Part shown: positions 1 through 12,070 of the stretch, piece after piece
Position numbering within the stretch: position 1 is the stretch's first letter
Layout: each line of letters begins with the position of its first letter
Source: Camelus dromedarius
Lineage: Eukaryota
Direction: 5' to 3'
Assembly: GCF_036321535.1 (NCBI RefSeq)
Contig: NC_087436.1
Location: forward strand, 118,112,001-118,176,000
Length of the DNA: 64,000 nt
Translations under genes and position numbers: made by a program
The notes under the pieces: generated by a model
What the model saw: only the letters and a program-made list of their open reading frames with translations
Database searches by the model: none
Told to the model about the DNA's origin: nothing

Positions 1-345
1 TGTTAAACAATCCTTACATTCCAGGGAAAAATCCCACTTACTTATGGCTTATGATCCCTTAAATGTGTTATTGGATTCAATTTGCTAGTATTTTTTTGAA
101 GATTTTGCATCCATAATCAAGGGATATTGGCTTGTAGTTTTCATTTTTTCCCCTTGTGGTGTCTTTGGCTTTGGTATCAGCTTTGGTATCAGGTTAATGC
201 AGGGCCCATAAAACGAGTGGAAATACTGCCTCCTCTTCAAAAAGACTTTGAGAAAATTGTTGTTAATTCTTTCTTACATATTTGGTAAAATTATATAGTG
301 AAGCCAACTCTATTGGACTTTACTTTGTTGGAAGTTTTGACATTT
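1..345 (-). mobile_element. LINE-1 ORF2 (RT region) fragment, continuing off the window start
   Basis: Antisense L1 ORF2-type sequence (ggattcaatttgctagtatttt, gggatattggcttgtagtttt, gtgaagcca). Confidence 0.85.
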
Positions 346-507
346 GATTTTGGTAAGTGAATCTTCGTGATCTTTGATTGTTCTCGGTTAAAGGTGATAG
401 AAAAAAATGAGGAGGTGGCAGGGACTTTTAGAAGGAGAAAAGGGTTTTCCCCAATTTAGCCCCAGTCTGCTCCTCATTACTCAGAAAGCGATGACAAATG
501 GCTAAGT

Positions 508-2710
508 ATGTACATCCCTTCATTTTCACTCTGTGTGTATTCTTACATTTGAAATGAGTCTGTAGGAGGCAGCATAGAGATGGGTCTCGGTTTTTTTATC
601 CACATTTCAGCACCTTGAATATACCATGCCACTCCCTTCTGGCTGTCAGAGTTTCTGCTAAAAAATCTGCTGATAGTTTCATGAGGGTTCCTGTGTACAT
701 AACAAGTTGTTTTTCCCTTTTTGCCTTTATGACTTTGTCTTTAGCTTTTGACATTTTAATTATAATGTGTCTTGGTGTGGGTCTGTTTGGGTTAATCTTG
801 TTTAAAACTCTCTGGGCTTCCTGAATGTGCTCTGTTTCCTTCTCCAGGTTAGGGAAGTTTTCAGCCATTATTCCTTCAAATAAGTCATCTACCCCTTTCT
901 CTCTCTGCTCTTCCTGGGAACTCTATGTCATTCCACTGGATGTTGTCTCATAGGTTCCTTAAGCTATCTTCACTGTTTGAAATTCTTTTTTCTTTTTGCT
1001 GCTCTGTTTGAGTTCCAGTGACCTGTCTTCTGGATCACTGATTCTTTCTTTGCCTCATCTAGTCTGCTTTTGAACCCCTCTAGTGTATTTTTCAGCCCAG
1101 TTACTGTATTCTTTATCTCTGTGACTTATATTTGGTACTTTCTTATGTTTTCTGTCTCTGTTGAAGTTCTATGGTCATATATTCTTCTCCTGAGGTCAGT
1201 GAGCCTCTTAATGACCAATATTTTGAACTCCTTTTCAGGTAAATTAGTTATTTCCATTTCATTAAGGGTTTTTTCCCCCCTCTGGTTTTTATCTTTTCTT
1301 TTTATTAGGAATATATTCCTTTCTCTCCTCATTTTGCTTGACTCTCTGTGTCTGTCTCTATGTTTTAGACAAATCAGCTGTCTTTCCTAGTCTTCAAGTA
1401 GTTGCCTTTTATAGGAGATCAACCTTACTGTTTAACCCTACCCCAGCTCTTGGCTGTATCCTGAACCTTTGTGATTGTCTTACTTAGCACACTGATTTAT
1501 TCTTGGTAGTTCCCAGTTGTTGAAGTTATGCCAAGACCTGTGGATGTTTCAGAGGGTGGGATCTCTGTTAGCCCTTAGTTTCCGTCTGATTCGAAGCTAG
1601 ACCTGCAGGCAGCAGCTTTTAAGGGATGCAGATATATATAGTACCGTGGGACCACAATTGTAAACCCTGCTGACCTCCATAGCAGGCGATCTAGGGGTGT
1701 CCTGTTGATGATAGTTGCAAAAATTGGGGCTTCAGATGTGTGCTTGAGCTCCTTGCTGGGAGGAACCAGTGAGCTGTAGCCCACGTTCCCTGAGAGCACT
1801 TACACAACCTCTAGATGTGTGGAACACCAGAAGCCTGCCCCTCAGGCTGAAGCTCCAAGACAGGTAAATAGGCCTTTTTACAGGAAGACTGGGGTGCATT
1901 GCAGTTGGCTGTCTGTACAGTGACTAGAGTGTGGGAGCCTGCTAAGAATAGTCTCTCTGGTTGTTTCAGAACCATGGGGCCACCAGAGCAGGTACTCAAG
2001 GGGCATCCCCTGGGTGGGCTGCATGTGCCCACTGGCTTTGACAGGGCTGCAGAAGTGGCAGGAGGAGGGGGGATGCACAGTGGGGCTGGCAAGTGAGAGG
2101 GACAGTGCAGAAATGCACCTGCCAGCGCTGGTGCTATCAAGACACAGGGAGAATACAAAACTGCCACCGGCCAGCATCTCCATCCCCAGGGAGAGTCTCC
2201 ACAGATTCCTGTCCCTCCAGCAGATGCTAAGAGTAGTTAATGAATCTTTTTCACATATGGCCTGGGTCCCAGGGTGAGTGAATCTGCCTGCGAGCCCGTT
2301 AAGAGTGCGTTCTCTGTTCCCAACAGCCCTGTGGTTCTTCCGGATGTAAGTCCTGCTGGTTTTCCAAGCCACACATTTTGGGGGCTCATCTACCCAATAC
2401 AGATCCCAAGGGTTGGGGTGCCTGACATGGGCACAAACCCCTGGCTACTCAGGAAGAAGCGTCGTGTTTGTGAGATCCTACCCAGTTTCAGGTCACCTGG
2501 CTGGGGGTGTGGTTTGGGGGGGAAGCACACCTCTGCGTCTCCTTCCCGTCTTGTGTGGCTCTTTCGTCTGTTGTCGCAGAGGAGCTGTTCAGCTGGTTTT
2601 CAGGCCCTTTTCATAGGGAACGTCTCCACATGTAGATGTACATTTGCGTGTCCACAGAAGGAGGAGAGTTCAGGATCTCCCCAAGCTGCCATCTTGAACT
2701 GCCATTTTGA
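508..2710 (-). mobile_element. LINE-1 5' portion: 5'UTR, degenerate ORF1 and start of ORF2 endonuclease, with an internal deletion
   Basis: ORF 596-868 (MAENFPNL..RPTPRHIIIKM..LSADFLAETLTARREW) and ORF 1126-1332 (NLPEKEFKILVIKRL) are L1 ORF1p pieces. 515-601 reads like ORF2 WIKK.DPS.CC. A GC-richer 5'UTR ends in YY1-type GCCATCTTG at 2688-2696. Confidence 0.9.
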
Positions 2711-2739
2711 TGTCTGTCTTTCCTGATTTTAACAATCTA

Positions 2740-4520
2740 GTTTTTTTATCCATTTCTGAGACAGTTGTGTAAAAGCTCCAACTCTGATTGTGCAGTTGTT
2801 TCTTCTTCCTTTAATTCTGTCAGTTTCGCTTCTTACACTTTGAAGGTCTGTTGTCAGGTGCATATAGATTTATGGTCATTATGGCCTCATGATGAATTGA
2901 CCTTATTGTGAAATGTTCTTTTCTATCTCTGCTAATAATCTCTTTCTGCAGCTTAGTTCCTCTGAGATTAATATAGCCATTCCAAACTACATGACATATA
3001 TTTTCCACGCATTTTCTTTCATCCTATCTGTGTTTTTATGTTTGACATAAATCTCTTGAGAATAGCACACAATTAGGTCTTGCTTCTCTTTAAATCCATC
3101 TGGCAATCTCTACCTTTTATTCCGTTCATAGTCAATGTAATTACTGATGTGGCTTCATTTAGGTCTAGCATGGTTTTATTTGTTCTCTCTTTTGTTTTTC
3201 TATTTCTCTTTTCCTATTTTGTTTTAGATAATTGAATATTTAGAATCCTCATTTAATTTATCAATGACTTGATAGCTACACTTCCTTATATTATGCTTTT
3301 AAATTGTTGCTTTAGGGATTATGATAAACATCCTCAATTTATTTCACAGTCTGCTTAGAGTTATTATTTTGTACTTCATATAGAATGTAAAACCTGGGCA
3401 ATTGTACAGGCCTGTTTACCACCCCTGTCAGCCGTTGTACTATAGTTGTCATGTGTATTACAGCTTCTTAAATCATAAATCTCTACTACAGTATTATAGT
3501 TTTTTGCTTTAAATATATATAAACATATACATGTATAATATATACATAAAATGTTAAATATTTAAAATAAAATAATGTAAATGATAATATAAAGTATTTT
3601 ATATATGTATTATATGTATGTATAATTTATATGTAGTTTAAAATATGTGTAGTTTTTTGGCTTTTAAAAAAATTAGGAGGAAAATAGTCCTTGGTATTTA
3701 CCCATACCTTTCACGAAGGTCTGAATTTCCCTCTGGTATCCTTTCCATCCATCCTGGAGAATTTCCTTTAGGGCAAGTCTCCTGTCAATTCATTCTCTTA
3801 ATTTTATCTTATCTGAAATGTGCTTATTTCACCTTCTTTCTTGAATATTTCTACTGGGTACAGATGATTGGGTCATAGTTTTTTCTTCATTACTTTAAAT
3901 ATTTTGTACCATTGTCAACTGATCTTTCTGATGAGAAGTCGTTAAACTGAATCATTATTGTCTGGTACTCATGTGTCATTTTCATCTCTCTCTTTTCAAG
4001 ATATTCTTCTAATCTTTGACTTTCAGCAGTTTGAGTGTGATGTGTCTAGGTGGAAACTCTCAATTAAAAAGAATAGTTTTCGCTCTTTGCTGAGATTCCC
4101 TGTATTTTCATTTATTTCTAGCATGCTGCCCTTTATACCATGCAGTGTAGTCGTGGACAGAAGAGCTGTTTTCATGTCCTTTACCTTAATTCCAACATCT
4201 GGGTCTCGTTAAGATTCACTTCCGCTGAGGATGGGTCGCATTATCTTGGTTCTTTATATGTTGAGTAGTTCTGGGTTGCATCCTGGGTATTGTGAATGTT
4301 ATGTTGTATAGACTTTGGGTTGTATTGTATTTCTTTGAAAATATCCTTTTAACAAGCAGTTAACTTGGTTGGATTTACACTACCTGCTCCACCCCCCTGG
4401 GCAGGCACATAAATCTCTGTCCATTTCTTTGTTCTTCGCTGTACCGCTTACTGTCTGCTCCACACCTGTGACCTTTACAGGTCAGCCAGAGCTTTGGGCA
4501 GAGTGTATGTGCCACCTTTG
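2740..4520 (-). mobile_element. Old LINE-1 (L1M-type) endonuclease, inter-ORF and ORF1 remnant, with an AT-rich patch at about 3510-3650
   Basis: ORF 2820-3008 resembles L1 EN (RDRKEHF..SIHHEAIMTINLYAPD). Antisense ORF1-like text includes tttctgatgagaagtc and ttcagcagtttgagtgtgatgtgtctagg. Confidence 0.75.
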
Positions 4521-5029
4521 AGGTTCCCTCCTCTAGATTTTTCAGAAGAGGAGTTGTGGCGCAGAGAATTTAGGAAGTTTGCCTGTAGTCTCATGGACAG
4601 TGGCTGAACTTAACAACAACTATTTTAAAATCCTGCTAATCCTTTGTTTTCTGTTGAGCAATTTCATAGCAGAAGGAAAATATCGAGTGATTTCATAGCA
4701 GAAGGAAAATTGAAGCAACTCTTTTAATCCACAGCACAGTTGACACCACATAGAAGCTCTTCACTTTTATCCTCATGACGATGATTTTGGTCCTGAGCCC
4801 TCTGCACCCCTTCCTGGGATACTGCCAAGCCTGTTAGGATGTGCCCTCCTGAGTTATTATTTGATTATATCCTGTCATCATCCTTGAAAGTTTCATGTTC
4901 CTTTTCTGCCCACACCTGCTGCTGTTTGCCTGCTGGCTTGGCTCTCGGAACCTGTATCCAGAGCATACATGTGTTAGAGCTCTGTTTGTAATGAATGCTT
5001 TGAAGAGGGCAAGTTTTCTAGTGGCTCTG

Positions 5030-5640
5030 TGTTTTTTAACAACTTTATTTTCATACAGTTTCTGTCAGTAAACTACATATATTTCAGATGTACTGTTTGA
5101 TGAACTTTGATAGATGTATGCGCCTATGAAACCACTGCCACAATAAAGATACCTAACATTTCCGTCACTCCCCAGAGGTGCAAATTTCAAACTTCCAACT
5201 TACCCCTTCCCACCCTCATATCCCTGGTACCACAAGTCTGTTCTCTATGTCTGTAAGTCTGTTTCTGTTCTGTAGATAAGTTCATTTGTGTCTTTTTTTT
5301 TTTTTTTTCGGATTCCACATATAGGTGATATCATACGATATTTTTCTTTCTCTTTCTGGCTTCACTTAGAATGATGACCTCCAGGTCCATCCATGTTGCT
5401 GCAAATTGCATTATTTTATTCTTTTTTATGGCTGAGTGGTATTCTGTTGTATATATGTACCACATCTTCTTTATCTAGTCATCTGTCGATGGACATTTAG
5501 GTTGTTTCCAGGTCTTGGCTATTGTAAATAGTGCTGCTGTGAACATTGGGGTTCGTGTGTTTTTTTGAGCTATATTTTTCTCTGGTTATACACTCAGGAG
5601 TGGGATTGCTAGATCATATGGTGGGTTTATTTTTAGTTAG
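5030..5640 (-). mobile_element. LINE-1 3' ends (composite of two subfamilies)
   Basis: T-rich tail plus aacaactttatt 3' end, followed by gattccacatataggtgatatcata and ccatccatgttgctgcaaa (L1 3'UTR and ORF2 end). Confidence 0.88.
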
Positions 5641-6806
5641 AGGCTCTATTTTTAAGTCACTCTTAGGTTGTAGCAATTTCTTGATGACACCCAAAGTCAT
5701 GTAGAGTGTGCACAAACATCTAGTATTCAGGCTGAGATTAGTTTACTTCAAGGCACTCGAACATAGCTTTGTTCTGTTCAGAATACCAAATATTCTCTGC
5801 CTTTCGTGATAAATGTAGCTGAATCTACGTGACTATTATGAAACTCAGGGTGGAGCTGGGCTGGACTAGGATGAAGGAAGACACCCTCCTAATATTGAAT
5901 GGTTATTTTGGCTTTGCTCTCTGCCTTTGTCAAGTTTGATATCTGGCATTTATTACGAGTGTTCGAGAAAGACCTTTCATTGTTCAGGTATGACAACAGC
6001 CTTGGTTATCAGGAAAAAGCACGTGTGGATTCACAGAAACCTCATTTCACTTTCACGCTGGGAGAACTTGCACGTAGCCAGGGCAGCACCAAAGTAAACA
6101 GCTGCAGGCAGTGAACTGATTTTAGCAGGAATTTTCTGAACACTTTTATAACCCTTTGATGACTGGATTCTGGGACAGTTGAGGCACAACAGATTAATTT
6201 CTGCGTATCCAGTGGAAACACTTTGGACTTGGGAAGCAGGCTGACTGATATGTGTTAGTTGTGGATTCCTGGAAAGGAAACTAACCACCCTGAAGCTTAG
6301 TTTTCTCACCTGTAAAAAGAAGAGAGAATGGGGAATCACCGTGACTGTGGTGGCTGCCGTTTTTGACTCTGCAGCATGCTTTTTGGTCCCCTTTCTTATC
6401 ACGATAACATCTTCTTTTCTTTGGAAAACACCTCGCTACCCCATGTGGGCACGGGGGACGGGCATTCATCGTGTCCCCCACTTACTCTCTGAGATGGGCG
6501 TGTGACATGTCTGTGCCAGCCACTTGGACCATATTCAGCTAGACCAATGCTTGGACCAAGGATTGGCTGGTGAGTCAAACCCAGCCATTCAGAAGCCTTC
6601 CATGGAGTCAGAGGTCTAAGGCTTCTTCTCTTCCTCGCATGGATGATGTCCTGTAAGAAGACAGGTCTGCATGAGTTGGTGACCCTTTTCTTCAGCAGTT
6701 CATGAAGGTGAAGGTCCATCTGCAGAAGGAAGAATATTCTTGAGGCTCAAAGTGAAGAAACAGAAACAGATGTCAAAGGTGGGTGGAGGGATGGAGCCCT
6801 GCTGGG

Positions 6807-6950
6807 TAGGATCAGGACTGGGGTAAGCAGGTGAGGCACCTGGAGGGCAAAATTTAAGGAGACATCACTCCCAGGGTCCTCCAAGTGCAGGGTCAGCATT
6901 GCTTCCTTACATTTTGCCCCCTCACTTGCCAGACCCCATTCCTGGCACTG
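6807..6950. mobile_element. MER91A-like palindromic hAT-Tip100 MITE
   Basis: Inverted arms gcaaaatttaagga / tccttacattttgc, with ggtgaggcacc and cagggtc..aagtgcagggtcagca matching the recalled MER91A consensus. Confidence 0.7.
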
Positions 6951-6958
6951 CTGGTCAC

Positions 6959-7390
6959 TGTCTGAGCTTGGGTTCCTCCAGGAGCTGAAATTGAAAGAAC
7001 TGAGTGCAAGCAGTTTTTTTTTGGAAAATTGATCCCAGGAATCACCTGCAAGAGAGAAGGAGTGAAATACAGAAAGGAAGGAAGCCAGCGATGGGCATTT
7101 GATAAAACCACTCACCAGCAGGCATCTGGACTCACCTCCTTGCGGGACTTCCATAGGGAGGGTGCCTTGAAGGCAGCTGAAGGTCAGAGATGATGTTTTT
7201 ATGCACAGTTCCCTAGTCAGCATTGCTAGCGGGCTGCTTTAAGCAGCATTACCCCTCCTGCACTTGGGCTTGCCCCATTCAGGCCAGAAAAAGACCCTCA
7301 GCAGAGAGTCACAGGTGTCCACAGTAAGCAGCCTCAGGTGTGTGCAGGTGTACAAGAGGGGACGTGGGCAGGTACCACCAGTGCCTCCAT
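6959..7390 (-). mobile_element. ERVL solo LTR (LTR33/LTR16-like)
   Basis: Starts tgtctgagcttgggttcctcc..gagtgcaagcagttt..gatcccaggaa, the reverse complement of the LTR16/33 3' end. Confidence 0.65.
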
Positions 7391-7789
7391 CCTTTTTCTC
7401 TTCCAGTTATATGAGCTATACCAGCTACGGGGACTGGCATCCTGATTTGCTTATGCAGGATCACATTGGGCTCCCAGTATTTGCAACCTGGAGAGTCCTG
7501 GCCAGTCAGAAACTCACAGTCATTGTCCTAGATACCGGACCCCTCTTAGCATCTTTGTCCTCCTAAAAGCTCAGTGTACTGGGCATTATTATCCTCATTT
7601 TATGTATGATGAACAGAAGCCTGGAGAGGTCCCCACTGCCTCACATAGCCTGTTTTGTTTCCACCTGTCCCTCCAAATACAGAAATTAGATTGAAACTGT
7701 TTTTAGGTCACCTGTGTATCATCAGGAAACCATGAGGGTCCAGAGGAGAGTGTCCATCAGTGTCCAACAACACAGTGCATTTGTTTTGG

Positions 7790-7960
7790 GAAGTAGCATA
7801 GTATAGAAGAAAGAACACAAGCTTTCAAGATGGGGAGGTCTGGGCTCAGATTCTGGTCCTGTTGCTTCTAACCATGTGTCTTGGACCAATCATGTAGCTT
7901 CTGCAAACGTCTTTTTCTTCTTCTGAAAAACAGGAATGCCCATTTCTATCCTTACTATGT
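7790..7960 (+). mobile_element. MIR SINE, 5' part (3' part resumes at about 9000-9085)
   Basis: gtagcatagtatagaagaaagaaca..ctgggctcagattctggtcctg..tgtgtcttggac..ctgaaaaacaggaat. Confidence 0.65.
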
Positions 7961-8412
7961 TCACGTTTTCCTTTCAGTCCTTGAACACATAGAGCATATT
8001 AGTAACAACTCCTTTAAAGTCCTTGTATGCTAATTTCATCTCGAGTGCCATTTCTGGGCCTGTTTCTCTTTATTAATTTCTCTCCTGCTTACGGGTCATA
8101 TTTTACTTCTTCTTTGCATGTCTACTAATTTAGTTTGGATACTGGACATTGCAAGTTTACTCAGTTACTTAACTTGTTTTTATTGAAGTATAGGTGTTTT
8201 ATAATGTTATGTTGGTTTCAGGTGTACAGAATAGTGATTCAGCATTTTTATAGATTACACATCTTTTAAAGTTATTACAAAGTATTGGTTATAGTCCCTG
8301 TACTGTACATTACATCCCTGTATCTTACTTATTTTATACCTAGTAGTTTGTACCTGTTAATCCCCTTTCCCCTTTGTGTCTCTCACCCTCACCTTCTTCC
8401 CCTGTGCTAACC
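7960..8412 (-). mobile_element. LINE-1 fragments: old ORF1-region piece (about 7960-8160) and a 3' end (about 8175-8412)
   Basis: tttttattgaagtatag..ggtttcaggtgtacag..atagtccctgtactgtaca is an L1 3'UTR. Confidence 0.75.
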
Positions 8413-8414
8413 AC

Positions 8415-8990
8415 TCAAATAGACCTACTAGAAGTGAAAACTACAATATACAAAATGAAAAATTCATTGGAGGGGTTTAACTGCAGATTAGACAGTGCAG
8501 AAGAAAAGGTTAGTGAACTTGAAGACAGAGCAGTAGAAACTACACAAAACAAACACAGGGGGAAAAATGAACAGAGCCTCAGCAACTTACGGGACACAGT
8601 GCAGTGGTTTACCACGTGTGGAATTGGAGGCCCAGAAGGAGGGAGGGGGATAGAAAATGTATTTGGAGAAATAATGGTTGAAATGTCTTTTAAAAATTGG
8701 TGAAAATGATAAAATCAAATACAAGAAGTTCAAGTCAACCCCAAGCAAGAGAAACACAAAGAAAACATCATCCAAGAACAGCATCATCAAATTGCTTAAA
8801 GCCATTGAGAGAACATCTTCAAAGCAACCAGAGAACAAAAGGACACATGGTGTTAGGAAATGGAAACCATGCAAGCCCGAAGACAATGGAGCAACACCTT
8901 TCCAGTGATGAAAGAGAGCTATCAACCTAGAATTCTACACTGAACAAAAGTACCCTTCCAGAATGAAAGCAAATAAAGACTTTTTAAAAA
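8415..8990 (+). mobile_element. LINE-1 ORF1 fragment (coiled coil to C-terminal domain)
   Basis: ORF 8374-8703 contains MKNSLEGFNCRLDSAEEKVSELED..GPEG..ENVFGEIMVE. Downstream cctagaattcta..aatgaaagcaaataaagac is the PRIL..K C-terminus. Confidence 0.85.
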
Positions 8991-9249
8991 AGAATGCACA
9001 GACTGATCTTAAAGGATTACTGTGAAAATAAGGGGCAGAGACTATGCAGCCCCCAGCACCAGAGTTGGCATATGGTTAACATTTTTCAAATGCCTCCAGT
9101 GTCTTCTTGGCCCTGGGTGACGTTGTAGGTTCTGGGAAGTTTTGGGCAAGCACCTGGAGGGATGCTGGGGGAAGACTTGGCCCTCTTAGCTTGTCTGGCC
9201 ATCTCCCACAGCACATCTGGCAGAAGGGTAGTCTTCAGGGTGCTTGTCT

Positions 9250-9955
9250 GCCTCCGCCATCAGACTGTGAGATTCCTGAAAGGCTGGGATGGGTCACGTT
9301 CATCAGCGCCTGGCTCAGTGCTCAGCACGTGGTAAAAGCTCAGTAAAGGCTGCCTAGGGAGTGGGTGAGTGAGAGAAAGCAGAGAAAGCCCGGGTCTTCG
9401 TGGCAGCCGGCGAAGAGACCAAGCGTGAATTCAGTCATGGGGCTGCTGCTGCTTCACATGTCCAGCACTTCCCTCCTGTTCAGAATGAGTGCCCACCTGT
9501 TGGAGCCAGCGCGCAGGGCCCTGCAGTCTGGCTCATGCCCATTTTCCTGACACCCCTCTCCCCGCTCCGTCCTCCTGCTCATCCTGTTCAGCCCTCTCTG
9601 GAACACGCTGAACTCATTTCTAACTCAGAACCTTTATATTTGCTGTGTCCTCCACCTTGATCGCCTTCCCCCAGACCTTTGCCAGGGTCACTCACACCGT
9701 ACAGAACTCTGGTCCAACGTCCCCTCCGTGCGCCCTCCCTGAACGCCACTTGACCCACCCCAGGCGTTTCATATCCTTGTGCCCTTTCTGGTCCCTTTTT
9801 CTTCAGAGCACCCATCACTACCCGTAACTCCATTAGATGCTTGTTCATTTGTCCTCTTGGTTGTTGGCCTCACACACCAGAACACACGGTCTGCGAGGCA
9901 GCAGTGTTTCCTCACTGTTCTCAGTTGTATCCTGAGCACCTACTAAGCAACTCTG
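9250..9955 (+). mobile_element. LINE-2 3' fragments
   Basis: gactgtgagattcctgaaaggc..gcacgtggtaaaagctcagtaaa, and cttgttcatttgtc..ctcactgtt..gtatcctgagcacct. Confidence 0.6.
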
Positions 9956-10475
9956 TATGTATAAGGGCTATACATACACACGTGTATTTACACACACGTG
10001 TATGCATAATGCATGAACATATACAAGCTCACTTAGCAGTGTATAGATATGCGTGCACACACTAAGCAGTGTATATGAGCACATGTATGTGCATAGACAT
10101 GTGTACATGTATATATGCATACACACATATAGCAGACGTAAACATGTGTATGTATATACAGATATATACACCCACTATGCATTTTATGTGTATAGGCATG
10201 TATACGTATATCCACCACACACATATGGTATACAAATACATATACACACTCATATATGTATATGTATATATGTAAGTCCACAAAACAGTGTGTGTGTGTA
10301 AATCTCCACATATATATGCTTATACATATATACACATATATGCATATAAATGCATACCCACTGAGCAGTGTGTGTATATAAATTCACATATATTTATATA
10401 TGCACATGTATATATGATGCATATGATATATGTGCTATATATAATATAAATAAATGAATATTATATAAATGAATG
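9955..10475. repeat. About 520-bp degenerate (TA/CA/TG)n alternating purine-pyrimidine tract
   Basis: Directly visible. It generates the overlapping Y/I/H/T/C/V-rich spurious ORFs. Confidence 0.9.
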
Positions 10476-11323
10476 AAGAACTTGACAATTAGCTGATCAA
10501 CTGATAATATTTAGTTGACTGGTTTATACTGACTGCCTCTGGGTTAAGGTCCTGAGAAGAATTTCTCCATCTCCCCTGCTACAAAATTTCATTTTTGACA
10601 AATGCCTCTTCAATTACCACCTCCCTCTCCAGCCTCACTCTCCATCCTCCACAGGTTCCTCTTGACCCCTTGGACGGTGGAGCCAGGGGGCATGTTGCTT
10701 CTGCGCCTGCAGAGAGACCGGGCTGGAGTGTTCTCCTCTGAGTTAACTTTGATGTCGACAGGGCTTAATTATTTTCAAGGGAAGGAGGAGGCTACCTCTG
10801 GGAGAAGTTTCTGAGAACTTGGCTTCAGATGTCTTTCTTGAACTAGCCAATGGGCCCTCTGCTTAGAGAGCCATAGGGCTGAAACAAAAGAAACAGGGAG
10901 TTAATTAAAATTCGTGGACTAGCCAGAGGCAGTCTGCGCATGAGAGAGCAGAAAGTGGCACGGCTGTGTGATCATGGCTCTTTACGTCCCTCAAAGGAAG
11001 ATTCTGGATAAAATCGAGCAAGAGCTGCACAAATGATAATCCCAGACCCAACACTACTTTATTATGCTATGGTGATCACTTCCACACGCAAGCATATTAT
11101 TAGCCGTCTCGTTCCACGTTTCCGACTTTCACATCTGCATGTGAATCCATAGCGTGAAAAAAAATTGATTAATAGCAAACTAACCAATTGAGTGCCCAGA
11201 CTGCAACAAATCCATTTTGGAATTAAGCGGGGATTCAATTTTATGTATAAGTTTATAAGTTTAAATGTTCAGAAACATTTGACTTGTCAGCGTGTTTTTT
11301 TCCCCCTTAAAAATGTAATCTTA

Positions 11324-11472
11324 GTGAGGAGGGTGTAGCTCAGTGGTAGAGCACATGCTTAGCATGCATGAGGTCCTAGGTTTAATCCCAGTACCTCCAT
11401 TAATAAACAAACAAACAAACCTAATTACCTCCCCCCCAAAAAATAAAAAAGAAACTCCCTAAATATTAAAAA
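11324..11472 (+). mobile_element. tRNA-Ala-derived SINE (camelid vic-1-like)
   Basis: gagggtgtagctcagtggtagagcacatgcttagcatgcatgaggtcctaggtttaatcccagtacctcca (A box, B box, AGC anticodon arm), then aaac repeats, cctaattacctccccc and an A-rich tail. Confidence 0.9.
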
Positions 11473-11559
11473 GAAAGAGTATGTGGCAGGTGGTTTTTTA
11501 AAATGTGGTCTTTGGAATCTTTTTCATCTTTTTAAGCTGCCCATCCTCCAGGAGAAGGG

Positions 11560-12070
11560 TAGCTACGGGGCAAAGCGTGCCAGGCTTTAGAGTCAGACAG
11601 TGAATGTTTGTGCCGACTGCTCTGTCCCGGCATTGTTTTTGGTACTGGTGATGGTGTGGCAAACAAGATGTACGAGGTCCCTGATGCCATAGAGCTGCCA
11701 GTTTAGTTGAGGAGACAAATATACGAACAATAAGCAAACATGGTTTCAATGATGATAATTGCTCTGCAGAAAATGTGTAGTGCTTGGGCGGGTAAGACTA
11801 CCTGGAAGGGTAGGACTGCTTTCTTTGGAGCAGAGGGCAACAGGGAGGGCCTCTTTGAGATGGAGACATTTAAGCCAAGACCTGATTGCTAAGAAGGAAA
11901 AATACCATGTGGAGATCTAGGGGAAAGAACATCATAGACAGACGAGACAGCAGATGCAAAGGTCCTGTGGCAGGGACTGAGTTAATGATGGGGCCATAGC
12001 GCAGATGTCTACCGCAGGCAGGGACTTGGAATATATGTTTGCTCTTTTCAGGACAATGCAAGAGTTAATT
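11560..12070 (-). mobile_element. LINE-2 fragment
   Basis: tgaatgtttgtgccgactgctctgtcc..ggcctctttgagatggagacatttaagc..cagatgcaaaggtcctgtggcaggga. Confidence 0.65.

Noticed and set aside
9968..10335. Overlapping ORFs rich in Y/I/H/T/C/V (also 16174-16479 and 58102-58416)
   Set aside because: These are artefacts of dinucleotide low-complexity tracts.
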